Source of the DNA: an uncultured Candidatus Rokubacteria bacterium
Lineage (GTDB): Bacteria > Methylomirabilota > Methylomirabilia > Rokubacteriales > CSP1-6
DNA: 64,000 nt
Direction of reading: 5' to 3'
NCBI GenBank assembly: GCA_963754315.1
Contig: CAVWFS010000019.1
Location: 320,001-384,000 of the forward strand
In this document: piece by piece, positions 48,119-58,111 of the stretch
How positions within the stretch are numbered: position 1 is the stretch's first letter
Layout: the number at the start of each line of letters is the position of its first letter
The notes under the pieces: model-generated
What the model saw: the letters and a program-made list of their open reading frames with translations, nothing else
Told to the model about the DNA's origin: nothing
Databases searched by the model: none
Program-made: the position numbers and the translations under genes

Positions 48119-50204
48119 ATGCCTGCGCGACTCGGCATCGATGTGGGCGGGACCTTCACCGACCTGGTCGTGGTCGACGAGGCGACCGGGGGGCTCCGCG
48201 TCGGCAAAGTGCTCACCACCCCCAAAGATCCGGCGCACGGTGTGGAGACCGGCATGGTCGCGCTCCTCGGCGAGGCCGGCGTGGCCACCAGCGACGTCCA
48301 GGCTGTCGTGCACGGCACGACCCTGGCCACCAACGCGCTCATCGAGCGCAAGGGGGCCCGCACAGCGCTGGTGATGACCGAGGGGTTCCGGGATTCGGTG
48401 GAGATCCGTCACGAGGGGCGCTATGACATGTACGACCTCTTCATCGATCCTCCATCCCCCCTCGTGCCTCGCCACCTGCGGCGCGAGGTCAGCGAGCGCT
48501 TGCTGGCCGACGGTAGTGTTCTGCGCCCCCTCGACGAGGAGGGAGCCCGGCGCGTCATCCGCGAGCTGATCGCGGAGGGGGTGGAGGCCATCGCCATCTG
48601 CCTGCTCCACGCGTACGTCAATCCTGTCCACGAGCGGCGCCTGGCCGAGCTGATTCGCGAAATCGCGCCGGATCGTCCGGTCTCCTGCTCGTCCGAGGTC
48701 GTGCCAGAAATCAGGGAGTACGAGCGAGCATCGACGACGTCAGCCAACGTCTACGTCGCCCCGCTCTTGGAGCGCTACCTCGAGGATTTGGAGAGGCGGC
48801 TTGCGGAGCTTGGCGTTCCCGGACAGCTCTACATCATGCAGTCCTCGGGCGGCATCGCTTTGCCCCCCACCGCTCGCCGGCTGCCGATCCGACTGGTCGA
48901 GTCCGGCCCCGCCGGCGGTGCCCTCGCCGCGGCCCTGGCGGCGCGGCACCGTGGTGAGCGGCGCATGCTCTCCTTCGACATGGGTGGCACCACGGCCAAA
49001 GCGTGTGTCATCGACGACGGTGCGCCGCTGGTGGCGCGGGAGTTCGAGGTGGCGCGCGCCGATCGCTTCAAGAAGGGGTCAGGGTTGCCCGTGCGGGTGC
49101 CCGTTATCGAAATGATCGAGATCGGAGCCGGGGGCGGTTCTATCGCCCGCGTGGACAGACTGGGCCTGCTGAAGGTTGGACCCGACAGCGCCGGCGCGGA
49201 CCCCGGGCCCGCCTGCTACAACCTCGGGGGCAGGCTCCCGACCGTCACCGACGCCGACCTGCTGCTCGGCTATCTGGACGCCGAGTTCTTCCTCGGCGGG
49301 CGCATGCCGCTCGACCGCGAGGCTGCGCGGCGGGCCATCGATGAGCACGTGGCGCGCCCGCTCGGGCTCGACGTGATCGGCGCGGCGCGCGGGATTCATC
49401 GCGTGGTCAACGAGAACATGGCCGCGGCCGCCCGCATCCATGGCATCGAGCGCGGCAAGGATCTCCGAAGCTACCCGCTCTTCGCCTTCGGGGGAGCCGG
49501 CCCCGTTCACTGCTGGCAGATGGCTCGCATTCTCAAGGTCCCGCGCATTCTCCTTCCCTTTGGCGCGGGTGCCATGTCAGCCTACGGTCTGCTCGCCGCG
49601 CCGCTGACCTTCGACTTCGTGCGTACCCTTCGCCAGCGGCTGGACGAAGCGGACTGGGACTCTGATCAATCGCCGGTTCGAGGAGATGGAAACCGAAGGA
49701 CGTACCTTGCTCACGAGAGCAGGGGTCGCGGCCGCCGAGATCCGTGTCTCACGCCTGGCCGAGATGCGTTACCTCGGGCAAGGCCACGAAGTGGAAGCGA
49801 GCATCCCAGCCGGTGCGCTCGGTTCTCACAGCCTGGGCGCGATCAGCGCCAGCTTCGAGAGCGCGTATCAGGCCCTCTATCACCGGCTGCCCCAGGGCAT
49901 GCCTATCGAAGCCCTGAACTGGCGGGTCACGGTGGCGGGACCGGCCCCGACGATGCCCGCGATCAAGGCCGGGGCAACCTCCAACGGCGGCGCCTCCGTG
50001 AAGGGCCAGCGCCAGGCTTACTTCGAGGAGGCGGGAGGATTTGTGGAGGTTCCCGTGTACGACCGCTATGTTCTCGGCCCTGGCGTCGTGTTCGGCGGTC
50101 CGGCCATCGTGGAGGAGCGTGAGTCTACGGCGGTCATCGGGCCCGGGGCCCGGTGCCTCGTTGATGAGGGTCTTGCTCTCGTCGTGGAGGTGCCTGCCTC
50201 GTGA
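48119..50204 (+). pseudogene. Hydantoinase A / 5-oxoprolinase subunit, split by a +1 frameshift near 49660 (possibly a sequencing error)
   Basis: GIDVGGTFTD, HGTTLATN, ESGPAGG, DMGGTT, GADPGPACY; the C-terminus (MRYLGQGHE, GPAIVEE) continues in the next frame. Confidence 0.88.
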
Positions 50205-50229
50205 TGATCTGGGTAGCGGTGCTCGCGTC

Positions 50230-51828
50230 ATGATGGATCCCGTCACGCTCGAGGTCTGCTGGAGCCGTCTCATCGGCGTCGTGAACGAGCAGGCCGCCAC
50301 CCTGCAGCGTACGTCCTTCACCTCTATTGTCCGGGAGGCCGGGGACCTCTCGGCCGGTGTCTTCGACCGGCGCGGCTACATGGTCGCCCAGGCGGTGACG
50401 GGAACCCCGGGCCACATCAACTCCATGGCGCTCGCCATGGGACACTTTCTGCGTGCCTACCCGCTCGAAACCCTCGAGCCCGGTGACGTCCTCATCACCA
50501 ACGATCCCTGGCAAACGTCCGGGCATCTCAATGACGTCACCATCTGCTCGCCGATCTTCCGCGGGGACGACTGCGTGGCCTTCTTTGCGTCGACGTGCCA
50601 CACCGCCGACATCGGCGGCCACGTGTTGTCGGCCGAGGCACGTGAGGTCTACGAGGAGGGGCTGCAGATCCCCATCATGAAGCTCTACGAAGGGGGACGG
50701 CCCAACGAGTCGCTCCTGCGGCTGGTCCGCGCCAACGTGCGGCTGCCCGAGATGGTGCTGGGCGACTTCCATGCTCAGATCGCGGGGGGCGCGGTCGGTG
50801 GCACGCGTCTGCTGGAGTTCATGGACGAGTTCGGCATGACACGGCTGGAACCGCTGGCCGACGAGATCATCGTCCGTACCGAGCGCGCCATGCGCCAGGC
50901 CATCCGCGCCCTGCGCCCTGGTGTCTATACCTACGCCATGACGTCGGACGGGTTCGACGAGCCCATCACCATTCGGGTCCGCTGCGAGGTCCGCGGCGAC
51001 GAGTTGCTCGTCGACTATGCCGGCTCCTCGCCGGCCAGCCGCCGCGGCGTGAACGTGGTCATGAACTACACCGAGGCCTACACCACGTACGGGGTGAAAG
51101 TGATCATCAGCCCCGACGTGCCCAACAACGAGGGGGCGTTCCGCCCGTTGCGTATCACCGCCCCCGCCGATTCCATCCTGAACGTGCAACGACCCGCCGC
51201 CGTGGCCGCTCGCCACGTGATCGGTCACTTCCTACCCCACGTGATCGCAGGCGCGCTCGGTCAGGCCGTGCCGGACCGCGTGATGGCCGAAGGTTCGGCC
51301 AACATCTGGGGCATCCAGGTCTCGGGTAAGGATCGGGCGGACCAGCCATTCACCTATATCTTCTTCGCGTCGGGAGGTACCGGAGCGCGGCCGACCAAGG
51401 ACGGGCTGTCGGCCACCGCCTTTCCCTCGGGCGTGCTCGGAACCCCGGTCGAGGTCATCGAGAATCTGTCGCCGTTGCTCATCGAGAAGAAGGCTCTCCG
51501 TGAGAACTCCGGTGGTTCCGGCACGTATCGCGGTGGACTCGGCCAGACCATCGCGTTTCGCGTGCGGAGCCGGGAGCCAGTGATGTGCTCCCTCCTGGGC
51601 GATCGGACGCAGCGACCGGCGCAGGGCTTTCACGGCGGCGATCCGGGCGCGCGAGGGGAGATTCTGATCGACGGCACGGCGCCGCTCAACGCCAAGGCCG
51701 AACAGACCGTCGCCCCCGGCGTGCTGGTGGAGGTGCGACTGCCGGGCGGGGGAGGCTACGGATCCGCTGCCGAACGCGACCCTGACCTCGTGGCGGCAGA
51801 CCTTCGGGAGGGTTACGTCACATCCTAG
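50230..51828 (+). CDS. Hydantoinase B / oxoprolinase subunit
   Basis: DPVTLEV, NDPW..GHLND, HTADIGG, EEGL, PVEVIE, GGGGYG. Confidence 0.92.
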   Translation: MMDPVTLEVCWSRLIGVVNEQAATLQRTSFTSIVREAGDLSAGVFDRRGYMVAQAVTGTPGHINSMALAMGHFLRAYPLETLEPGDVLITNDPWQTSGHLNDVTICSPIFRGDDCVAFFASTCHTADIGGHVLSAEAREVYEEGLQIPIMKLYEGGRPNESLLRLVRANVRLPEMVLGDFHAQIAGGAVGGTRLLEFMDEFGMTRLEPLADEIIVRTERAMRQAIRALRPGVYTYAMTSDGFDEPITIRVRCEVRGDELLVDYAGSSPASRRGVNVVMNYTEAYTTYGVKVIISPDVPNNEGAFRPLRITAPADSILNVQRPAAVAARHVIGHFLPHVIAGALGQAVPDRVMAEGSANIWGIQVSGKDRADQPFTYIFFASGGTGARPTKDGLSATAFPSGVLGTPVEVIENLSPLLIEKKALRENSGGSGTYRGGLGQTIAFRVRSREPVMCSLLGDRTQRPAQGFHGGDPGARGEILIDGTAPLNAKAEQTVAPGVLVEVRLPGGGGYGSAAERDPDLVAADLREGYVTS

Positions 51829-51849
51829 GGGGGTGCGACGAGCCGCTCG

Positions 51850-53190
51850 CTACACCACCCCGTACTCGCGGAGGCGTCGGTAGATCGTGCGGCGCGAGAT
51901 CCCAAGCGCTTCCGCCGCCGCCGCCTTATCGTCGTTGAAGACAGCCAGCGCCTTGAAGATCAGCTCGCGCTCCACCTGTTCCAGCTTTGGTACCGACCCC
52001 TCGTCGGCGATCGCCACGACCGGAGCTCGGCCCAGAGTCGGCAGATCGGCCAGGGTAATCTGATCGCGGACCCCCATGGCGAACGCCCGCTCGACGATGT
52101 TCTCCAGCTCGCGCACGTTGCCCGGAAAATCGTGAGTCACGAGAGCGGCCAGCGCCTCGGGCGAGATACCGCGGACCGTGCGTCGCAGCTTTGCATTGAA
52201 GCGCCGGATGAAGTGGTGAACCAGGGCAGGAATGTCCTCGCGGCGCTCGCGGAGCGGGGGGAGGCTCACCCGCACCACATCGAGCCGGTAGTAGAGGTCC
52301 TGGCGGAGCGCCCCCTGCGCCATGGCCTGCTCGAGATCCCGGTTGGTGGCCGCGACAACTCTCACGTCGACGGGAATGGACTTGCTCGAGCCCACCGGGC
52401 GCACCTCCATGTCCTGGAGGACGCGAAGCAGCTTGGCCTGCAGGGTGGTGGGAAGTTCCACGATCTCGTCCAGAAACAGGCTCCCGTCGTTGGCGCTTCG
52501 AAACAGCCCGGACGAATCGGATACCGCCCCCGTGAAGGCGCCGCGCACATGGCCGAACAACTCCGACTCGATGAGGTCAGCCGGGATGGCGCTGCAGTTG
52601 ACGGGAATGAAGGGCCCACGCGCGCGGGGAGACAGCCGGTGGATTGCCGCGGCTACCAGCTCCTTGCCGGTGCCGCTCTCGCCTTCGATCAGCACGGGGC
52701 AACCGGTGGGTGCGACTTTCGCGATGATGTCCTTCAGGCGCCGCATGGGGGGCGAATCGCCCACCAGCTCGTGCAGGGTCAGCTCTTCGCCAAGCCGCAC
52801 GCGCAGCCCCGAAACCTCTCCCCGCAGGAAGCGCCGCTCCAGCACCCGCGCCATGAGGTGGCGCAGCTCCTCGAGGACGAGGGGCTTCGACAGGTAGTCG
52901 TAGGCGCCTTCTCGGAGCGCCTCGATAGCCGAAGAGATGGCCGGGTAGCCGGTCATCATCACCACTTCGGCGGAGGTATCCTGACGCTTGATGTCGCGCA
53001 GGAGGTCGAGGCCGGTCATATCCGGCATGCGAATATCGACGAGCGCGGCGTCGAAGAGCTCCGAGCGAAGCATTTCGAGAGCTGCCGCCCCGGTGCGGGC
53101 GTGCCTCACCTGGTACCCCCAACTACCGAGCGCGTCCTGCAGAAGAGCCAGGAGCGCGGGCTCGTCGTCCACAACGAGGATCTTCGCCAT
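51850..53190 (-). CDS. Sigma54-dependent response regulator (NtrC family)
   Basis: Receiver domain (VVDDE, DIRMP), GESGTGKE, ESELFGH..GAFTGA, PGNVREL, Fis HTH. Confidence 0.95.
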   Translation of the reverse strand: MAKILVVDDEPALLALLQDALGSWGYQVRHARTGAAALEMLRSELFDAALVDIRMPDMTGLDLLRDIKRQDTSAEVVMMTGYPAISSAIEALREGAYDYLSKPLVLEELRHLMARVLERRFLRGEVSGLRVRLGEELTLHELVGDSPPMRRLKDIIAKVAPTGCPVLIEGESGTGKELVAAAIHRLSPRARGPFIPVNCSAIPADLIESELFGHVRGAFTGAVSDSSGLFRSANDGSLFLDEIVELPTTLQAKLLRVLQDMEVRPVGSSKSIPVDVRVVAATNRDLEQAMAQGALRQDLYYRLDVVRVSLPPLRERREDIPALVHHFIRRFNAKLRRTVRGISPEALAALVTHDFPGNVRELENIVERAFAMGVRDQITLADLPTLGRAPVVAIADEGSVPKLEQVERELIFKALAVFNDDKAAAAEALGISRRTIYRRLREYGVV

Positions 53191-53311
53191 GGTCTCCCGC
53201 CACGTATATCACGATCCCGTGCCATTCTGACAATATTGTCGTGGGGCGTGTTGCTCTGCAGGGGTCGTCATGCTAGCGTGGTAGCTGAACCTTCACGGAG
53301 GAACAACCCGC

Positions 53312-53641
53312 ATGGCAGATGCCTCGACCATCCATCTGACCGAGCAGACTTTCGACGAAACCCTGTCGACGCACGATGGGATCCTGATGGTGGATTTCTG
53401 GGCTGAGTGGTGTGGGCCTTGCCGGGCCATCGCGCCTGTGCTGGACACGCTCGTCAATGAGTCCGCCGGCAAGGTCGGTCTCGCCAAGGTCAATGTCGAC
53501 GAGAACCCAGGTCTCGCCGCTCGCTATGGGATCCGGTCCATTCCCACCATCCTCCTGGTGAAGCAGGGAAAGGTCGTCGATCAGGTCATTGGCTCCGTCC
53601 CACGGGCCAAGATCAAGGAAAAGTTGGACGCGCTCGCTTAG
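53312..53641 (+). CDS. trxA: Thioredoxin
   Basis: DFWAEWCGPC, SIPT. Confidence 0.96.
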   Translation: MADASTIHLTEQTFDETLSTHDGILMVDFWAEWCGPCRAIAPVLDTLVNESAGKVGLAKVNVDENPGLAARYGIRSIPTILLVKQGKVVDQVIGSVPRAKIKEKLDALA

Positions 53642-53757
53642 AAGGTGGGGGCCCTGACATGGCCCCCGACCCTCCATCCGCCGGCGATCTTCTGCCTAGC
53701 CGAGCGGGCGTAGTCTCACCCACTTTCGGCTTGTCTCGAGAGAAACACCCGCTCGGC
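53641..53757. repeat. Solo REP-like hairpin followed by a long imperfect inverted repeat
   Basis: GAAGGTGGGGGCC-ctgacat-GGCCCCC resembles the start of the 44981 array; GCCGAGCGGG (53699-708) / CCCGCTCGGC (53748-57). Confidence 0.55.
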
Positions 53758-53774
53758 CGGATCCAACGCGCCCG

Positions 53775-54833
53775 ATGACGCCGTCGGCCCCCAGAGCGAG
53801 CCGCGCGCCGTCCAGGTCGGTCGCCAAGGGGTGTGGGATCCGGGAGCTTGATCTGATTCGCGCGATCAGGAGACGCGTGGGGCAAGAGCCTGGTGTGCGC
53901 GTCGGCATCGGTGACGATTGCGCCGTGCTGGAGCCGACGCCGGGAGCACCGCTGCTGGCCACCACCGACCTGCTCATCGAGGGCGTCCACTTCCGCCGGA
54001 CCTACGCCGCCCCAGCCGACATCGGCTGGAAAGCATTCGCGGTAAACTTGTCAGACATTGCCTCGATGGGCGGACGCCCGCGTTGGGCCCTGGTCGCTCT
54101 GGCCTGCCCCGGCACCACAGAGCCCCTCGAGGTCGAGGCGTTTTACAGCGCTGCCCGGACCTTGGCCGACCAGCACGACGTGGCCATCGTGGGCGGGGAT
54201 ACCTCGGCCTCGCCGAGCGGATGGATCGTCAACGTAAGCCTCCTGGGCGAGGCCGTGCACCCGCCGCTGCTGCGCTCCACGGCCCGGCCCGGTGACGTGG
54301 TTGCCGTGACCGGCCCCCTCGGCCGCTCTGCGGCGGGACTCGCCCTGCTCTCCACACCGACGGCTGCCTCCGGGCTCGTGCCCTTCGACGTCGACGACGT
54401 CACCGGTGCCCATTTGCGGCCGGAGCCGCGCGTGCGCGAGGGACAGTGGCTAGCGGCCGTCGGCGGCGTGACCGCGATGATCGACCTCTCCGATGGCCTG
54501 GTGACCGACCTTGCTCACATCGGTGAGGAGAGCGCGGTGGGTGCGCGCATCGACCTCACCCGCGTTCCCCTGAGCGACTCGGTCCGGCGGGTGGCCGCCG
54601 CCTGTGGCGGCGACGCGCTGGCCTGGGCCACCGGCGGCGGCGAAGACTACGAGCTTCTCTTCACGTGCGGGGCGGAGGACTGGGAACGCGTCGCTGGCGG
54701 CCTTGAGGGTGTCAGCGGGCGTCGACCTTACGCCATCGGCCAGATCGTCGATGCGGGCAGCGGCATGACATTCCTCGATGGCGACGGACACGAGATCTCC
54801 CTCGCCCCCGGTTTCGAGCACTTCGCGACATGA
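53775..54833 (+). CDS. thiL: Thiamine-monophosphate kinase (start uncertain)
   Basis: GIGDDCA, TTD..EGVHF, NLSDIASMGG, GGDT, DLSDGL, GGEDYEL. Confidence 0.95.
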   Translation: MTPSAPRASRAPSRSVAKGCGIRELDLIRAIRRRVGQEPGVRVGIGDDCAVLEPTPGAPLLATTDLLIEGVHFRRTYAAPADIGWKAFAVNLSDIASMGGRPRWALVALACPGTTEPLEVEAFYSAARTLADQHDVAIVGGDTSASPSGWIVNVSLLGEAVHPPLLRSTARPGDVVAVTGPLGRSAAGLALLSTPTAASGLVPFDVDDVTGAHLRPEPRVREGQWLAAVGGVTAMIDLSDGLVTDLAHIGEESAVGARIDLTRVPLSDSVRRVAAACGGDALAWATGGGEDYELLFTCGAEDWERVAGGLEGVSGRRPYAIGQIVDAGSGMTFLDGDGHEISLAPGFEHFAT

Positions 54834-56095
54834 CGCTCGCCGCGCTCACCCTGATCTTTCTCGTCCTTTGCTCGGCCCTCCTCACCGGAGCCGAGGCCGC
54901 GTATTTCTCGCTCGGCCGCAGCCGACTCAAGCGGCTCGCCACCCAGACCGAGGCGGGGGCGCCCACGCTCCTCATCGAGCGCCCTCATGAGCTGCTCGTA
55001 ACCCTCTTGGTGGGGATCACCGTGGTGAACATCGCCGCCGCCGCCATTGCGGCCACCGTCGCCGTTCATCTGTTCGGCGACCGATTCGGCCTGGCCGTAG
55101 AGATCGTCGCCATGATCGTGATCCTGACGACCTTCGGCGAAGTCCTGCCCATGACCATCGCCGTCAAGCGGCCCGAAGCGTTCCTGGCCGTGGCGCGGTG
55201 GCCGGTGGCCTGGCTAGGCGTCCTCCTCGCTCCCGTCCGGGTCGGCCTGGGAGCGCTGACCGCTCTGACCCTCCGTCTGGTGAGCAGCCCCGAGCATCCT
55301 CGCCAGCCCGAGCTGACCGAAGAAGAGCTGCGCACCCTCGTGGACGTCGGCGCCAGCGAGGGTATTGTCGAGGGAGCCGAGCGCGAGATGATCCACAAGG
55401 TGTTCCAGCTCGAGGACACCCAAGTGCGGGCGGTCATGATACCCCGCACTGACATGTTTTGCCTGGACGTGAGCACGGCCCGCGATCAGATCTTGCCGGC
55501 CCTGCGCGAGCAGCTTCACTCGCGCGTACCCGTGTACCAGGGCTCGATCGACGTCATCGTGGGGGTCCTCTACACCAAGGACCTTCTCCCGTATGTGCTG
55601 ACCGGGTTGCCGGCCGACTTCGACCTGCGCGCTCATCTTCATCCACCGTACTTCGTGCCGGAATCCAAGCGGGCCGATCAGCTCCTGCAGGAGTTTCAAG
55701 CCAAGCGCCTTCATCTCGCCATCGTGGTCGACGAGTTCGGTGGAACGGCGGGGTTGGTGGCGCTGGAGGATCTCCTGGAGGAGTTGGTGGGGGAGATCGC
55801 CGACGAGTATGACGAGCCCGAGCGTCTCGTGCAGCGCGTGGACGACAAGACCTACCGGGTGGCGGGCAAGCTGCCCATCGACGAGCTGCGGGCCCTCACC
55901 GGACTCGCGGTGAGCGACGAGAGCTATGACACGGTGGGGGGGTGGGTGCTAGACCTGTTCGGGCGGGTGCCACGCAAGGCGGAGCGCCTGGAGACGGCCG
56001 AGTTCGTGGTCACCGTGGAGAAGGTCGAGCGCACGCGGGTGGTGGAAGTCCTGGTGACCTTGCGCAAGCCCACCCCAGGGGAGGCGGCCGCGTGA
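54830..56095 (+). CDS. CNNM/HlyC-CorC family membrane protein (DUF21-CBS-CorC)
   Basis: AEAAYFSL, FGEVLP, VMIPR, SRVPVY, VVDEFGGTAGLV.LEDLLEELVGEI. Confidence 0.92.
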   Translation: MTLAALTLIFLVLCSALLTGAEAAYFSLGRSRLKRLATQTEAGAPTLLIERPHELLVTLLVGITVVNIAAAAIAATVAVHLFGDRFGLAVEIVAMIVILTTFGEVLPMTIAVKRPEAFLAVARWPVAWLGVLLAPVRVGLGALTALTLRLVSSPEHPRQPELTEEELRTLVDVGASEGIVEGAEREMIHKVFQLEDTQVRAVMIPRTDMFCLDVSTARDQILPALREQLHSRVPVYQGSIDVIVGVLYTKDLLPYVLTGLPADFDLRAHLHPPYFVPESKRADQLLQEFQAKRLHLAIVVDEFGGTAGLVALEDLLEELVGEIADEYDEPERLVQRVDDKTYRVAGKLPIDELRALTGLAVSDESYDTVGGWVLDLFGRVPRKAERLETAEFVVTVEKVERTRVVEVLVTLRKPTPGEAAA

Positions 56096-57357
56096 CCCTC
56101 ATCGGCCTGGCCATCGTCTGCCTGCTCGCCACCATGTTCTTCTCGGCGGTGGAGATGGCCTTCATCGCCGCCAATCGTCTGAAGCTACGGCACCTCGCGC
56201 ACGAGGGAAACCGGGTGGCCGCCCAGTACCTGGAATCGTTCCGGAACCCCGAACGCGCGCTGTCCACGGCCATGATGGGGGTGACGGTGGCGCACATCGT
56301 CGCCTCCTCGGCCACCACGCGCAGCCTGCTTCCCGTTCTCGGCCACTACGCCCCCCTGGTGGTCACCCTGGTCCTCACCCCTGTGATGCTCATCTTCGGC
56401 GAGATCATCCCGAAGACGCTCGCCCGCGAGTGGGCCACCTCGCTCATCCTGCGCCTGTTCCGTCCGCTCACGTGGATGTCGATCCTGCTCGCGCCCATCG
56501 TGGTGGTCGCCAATACCGTGGTGGGAGGGATCATGCGGCTGGTGGGCAGCGGCCAATCCGATGCGCGCGCGTTTGTGTCGCGCGAGGAACTGAAGGCCCT
56601 CCTGCAGATGGAACCGGGGGAGGCCGATGTGACAACCCAGGAAGCCGAGATGATCGACAAGATCTTCGACCTGGGCGACACCACCGTCCGCGAGGTCATG
56701 GTCCCGCTCGTCGACGTCGTCATGCTTCCGCACACGGCCACCGTCGCGGAAGCGATCGACACCATCCAGCAGCGCGGCTTCTCCCGGATCCCCGTGTCCT
56801 GTGAGCGGGAGACGAACATCGTGGGGGTGGTCACGGCCATGGACCTCCTGCACCGCGGCGCAGAGGTGCGGACGGTGGCCGAACTCGTGCGAACGCCCTA
56901 CTTCGTGCCCGAGACCAAGCGCATCGACGACCTCCTGCGCGAGATGCAGCGGGGGCGCACTCAGCTGGCCATTGTCGTCGACGAGTACGGTGGGAGCACG
57001 GGAGCCATTACCCTCGAGGACATCCTGGAGCAGATCGTCGGCAAGATCGAGGACGAGCACGACCGGGCGCCGGCCGCCGTGGAGCAGCTTCCCGACGGTA
57101 GTTACTGGATCAGCGCCCGCACGCACATCGACGAGCTGAACGAAACCCTCGACTGGCAACTGCCCAAGAAGGATTACGAAACCATTGCGGGGTTGGTCCT
57201 GTCCACCTTGCACCGCATCCCTCGCACCGGTGAGGAGTTCCAGATTCCCGGCTATGCCATCACGGTCCTGGAGGCGGATAGCCGGCGGGTGGTGGCGGTC
57301 AAGATCGCCTCTCTCCGTTCGGCCAGCCCCGCTCCCCGCACGACCGAGCCTCAATAA
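56092..57357 (+). CDS. Second CNNM/HlyC-CorC family protein
   Basis: [41 protein letters not shown] overlap. Confidence 0.92.
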   Translation: MTLIGLAIVCLLATMFFSAVEMAFIAANRLKLRHLAHEGNRVAAQYLESFRNPERALSTAMMGVTVAHIVASSATTRSLLPVLGHYAPLVVTLVLTPVMLIFGEIIPKTLAREWATSLILRLFRPLTWMSILLAPIVVVANTVVGGIMRLVGSGQSDARAFVSREELKALLQMEPGEADVTTQEAEMIDKIFDLGDTTVREVMVPLVDVVMLPHTATVAEAIDTIQQRGFSRIPVSCERETNIVGVVTAMDLLHRGAEVRTVAELVRTPYFVPETKRIDDLLREMQRGRTQLAIVVDEYGGSTGAITLEDILEQIVGKIEDEHDRAPAAVEQLPDGSYWISARTHIDELNETLDWQLPKKDYETIAGLVLSTLHRIPRTGEEFQIPGYAITVLEADSRRVVAVKIASLRSASPAPRTTEPQ

Positions 57358-57382
57358 CGCCCATCTCAACCAGGAGGACGAC

Positions 57383-58057
57383 ATGGCAGGCAGAATGGTG
57401 CAATTCCCCACCAATGGCACGACCACCAGCGGCTATCTGGCCACTCCGGCGAGCGGTAAGGGTCCGGGCGTGATCGTGATCCAGGAATGGTGGGGCCTGG
57501 TGCAGCACATCAAGAACGTCTGTGATCGTTTTGCCGCCGAGGGGTTCACGGCGCTCGCCCCTGATATGTACCACGGGCAGACCGCCAGCGAGCCCGACGA
57601 AGCCGGCAAGCTCTTCATGGCTTTGAACATTGGTCAGGCGGAGAAAGACCTACGGGGGGCGGCGGCCTATCTGGCGGGGTACTCGTCCACGGCCAAGCTC
57701 GGGGCGGTGGGCTTCTGCATGGGCGGCCAGCTCGCCCTCTTCGCGGCCACCTTGAATCCCTCGGTCGGGGCCTGCGTGAACTTCTACGGCATCCACCCGA
57801 ACGTCAAGCCGGATTACAGCAAGCTGGCCGGCCCCGTGCTTGGCCTCTTCGCCGAAAAGGACGGCTTCGTCACTCCTCAGGTGGCGAAGGACGTCGATAC
57901 GGCCATCAAGAAGGCAGGCAAGGCGTCAGAGATCCACATCTATCCGGGGGTGGATCACGCCTTCTTCAACGACGAGCGTTCTGACGTCTACAACAAGAGC
58001 GCGGCCGATGACGCCTGGCGCCGCACCCTTGCCCTCTTCCGCCAACACTTGAAGTAG
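57383..58057 (+). CDS. Dienelactone hydrolase family protein
   Basis: IQEWWGL, GFCMGG, HAFFN; AGGAGG RBS. Confidence 0.93.
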   Translation: MAGRMVQFPTNGTTTSGYLATPASGKGPGVIVIQEWWGLVQHIKNVCDRFAAEGFTALAPDMYHGQTASEPDEAGKLFMALNIGQAEKDLRGAAAYLAGYSSTAKLGAVGFCMGGQLALFAATLNPSVGACVNFYGIHPNVKPDYSKLAGPVLGLFAEKDGFVTPQVAKDVDTAIKKAGKASEIHIYPGVDHAFFNDERSDVYNKSAADDAWRRTLALFRQHLK

Positions 58058-58069
58058 CGCAGTCATGCG

Positions 58070-58109
58070 GACGGCCTCGACGTCTGGCGACCCTCCCTCG
58101 AGGGCCGTC
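58070..58109. terminator. Inverted repeat between convergent genes
   Basis: GACGGCCTCGA / TCGAGGGCCGTC near-perfect stem. Confidence 0.45.
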
Positions 58110-58111
58110 GC

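Noticed and set aside
53209..53225. Sigma54 promoter (TGGCACG on the minus strand) for the regulator gene
   Set aside because: The -24 element matches, but there is no TTGC at the required spacing; the same applies to TGGCAC near 28868
53642..53774. TPP riboswitch upstream of thiL
   Set aside because: The conserved CUGAGA and CCUGA..AUGC..GCG.AGG elements are not present on the sense strand
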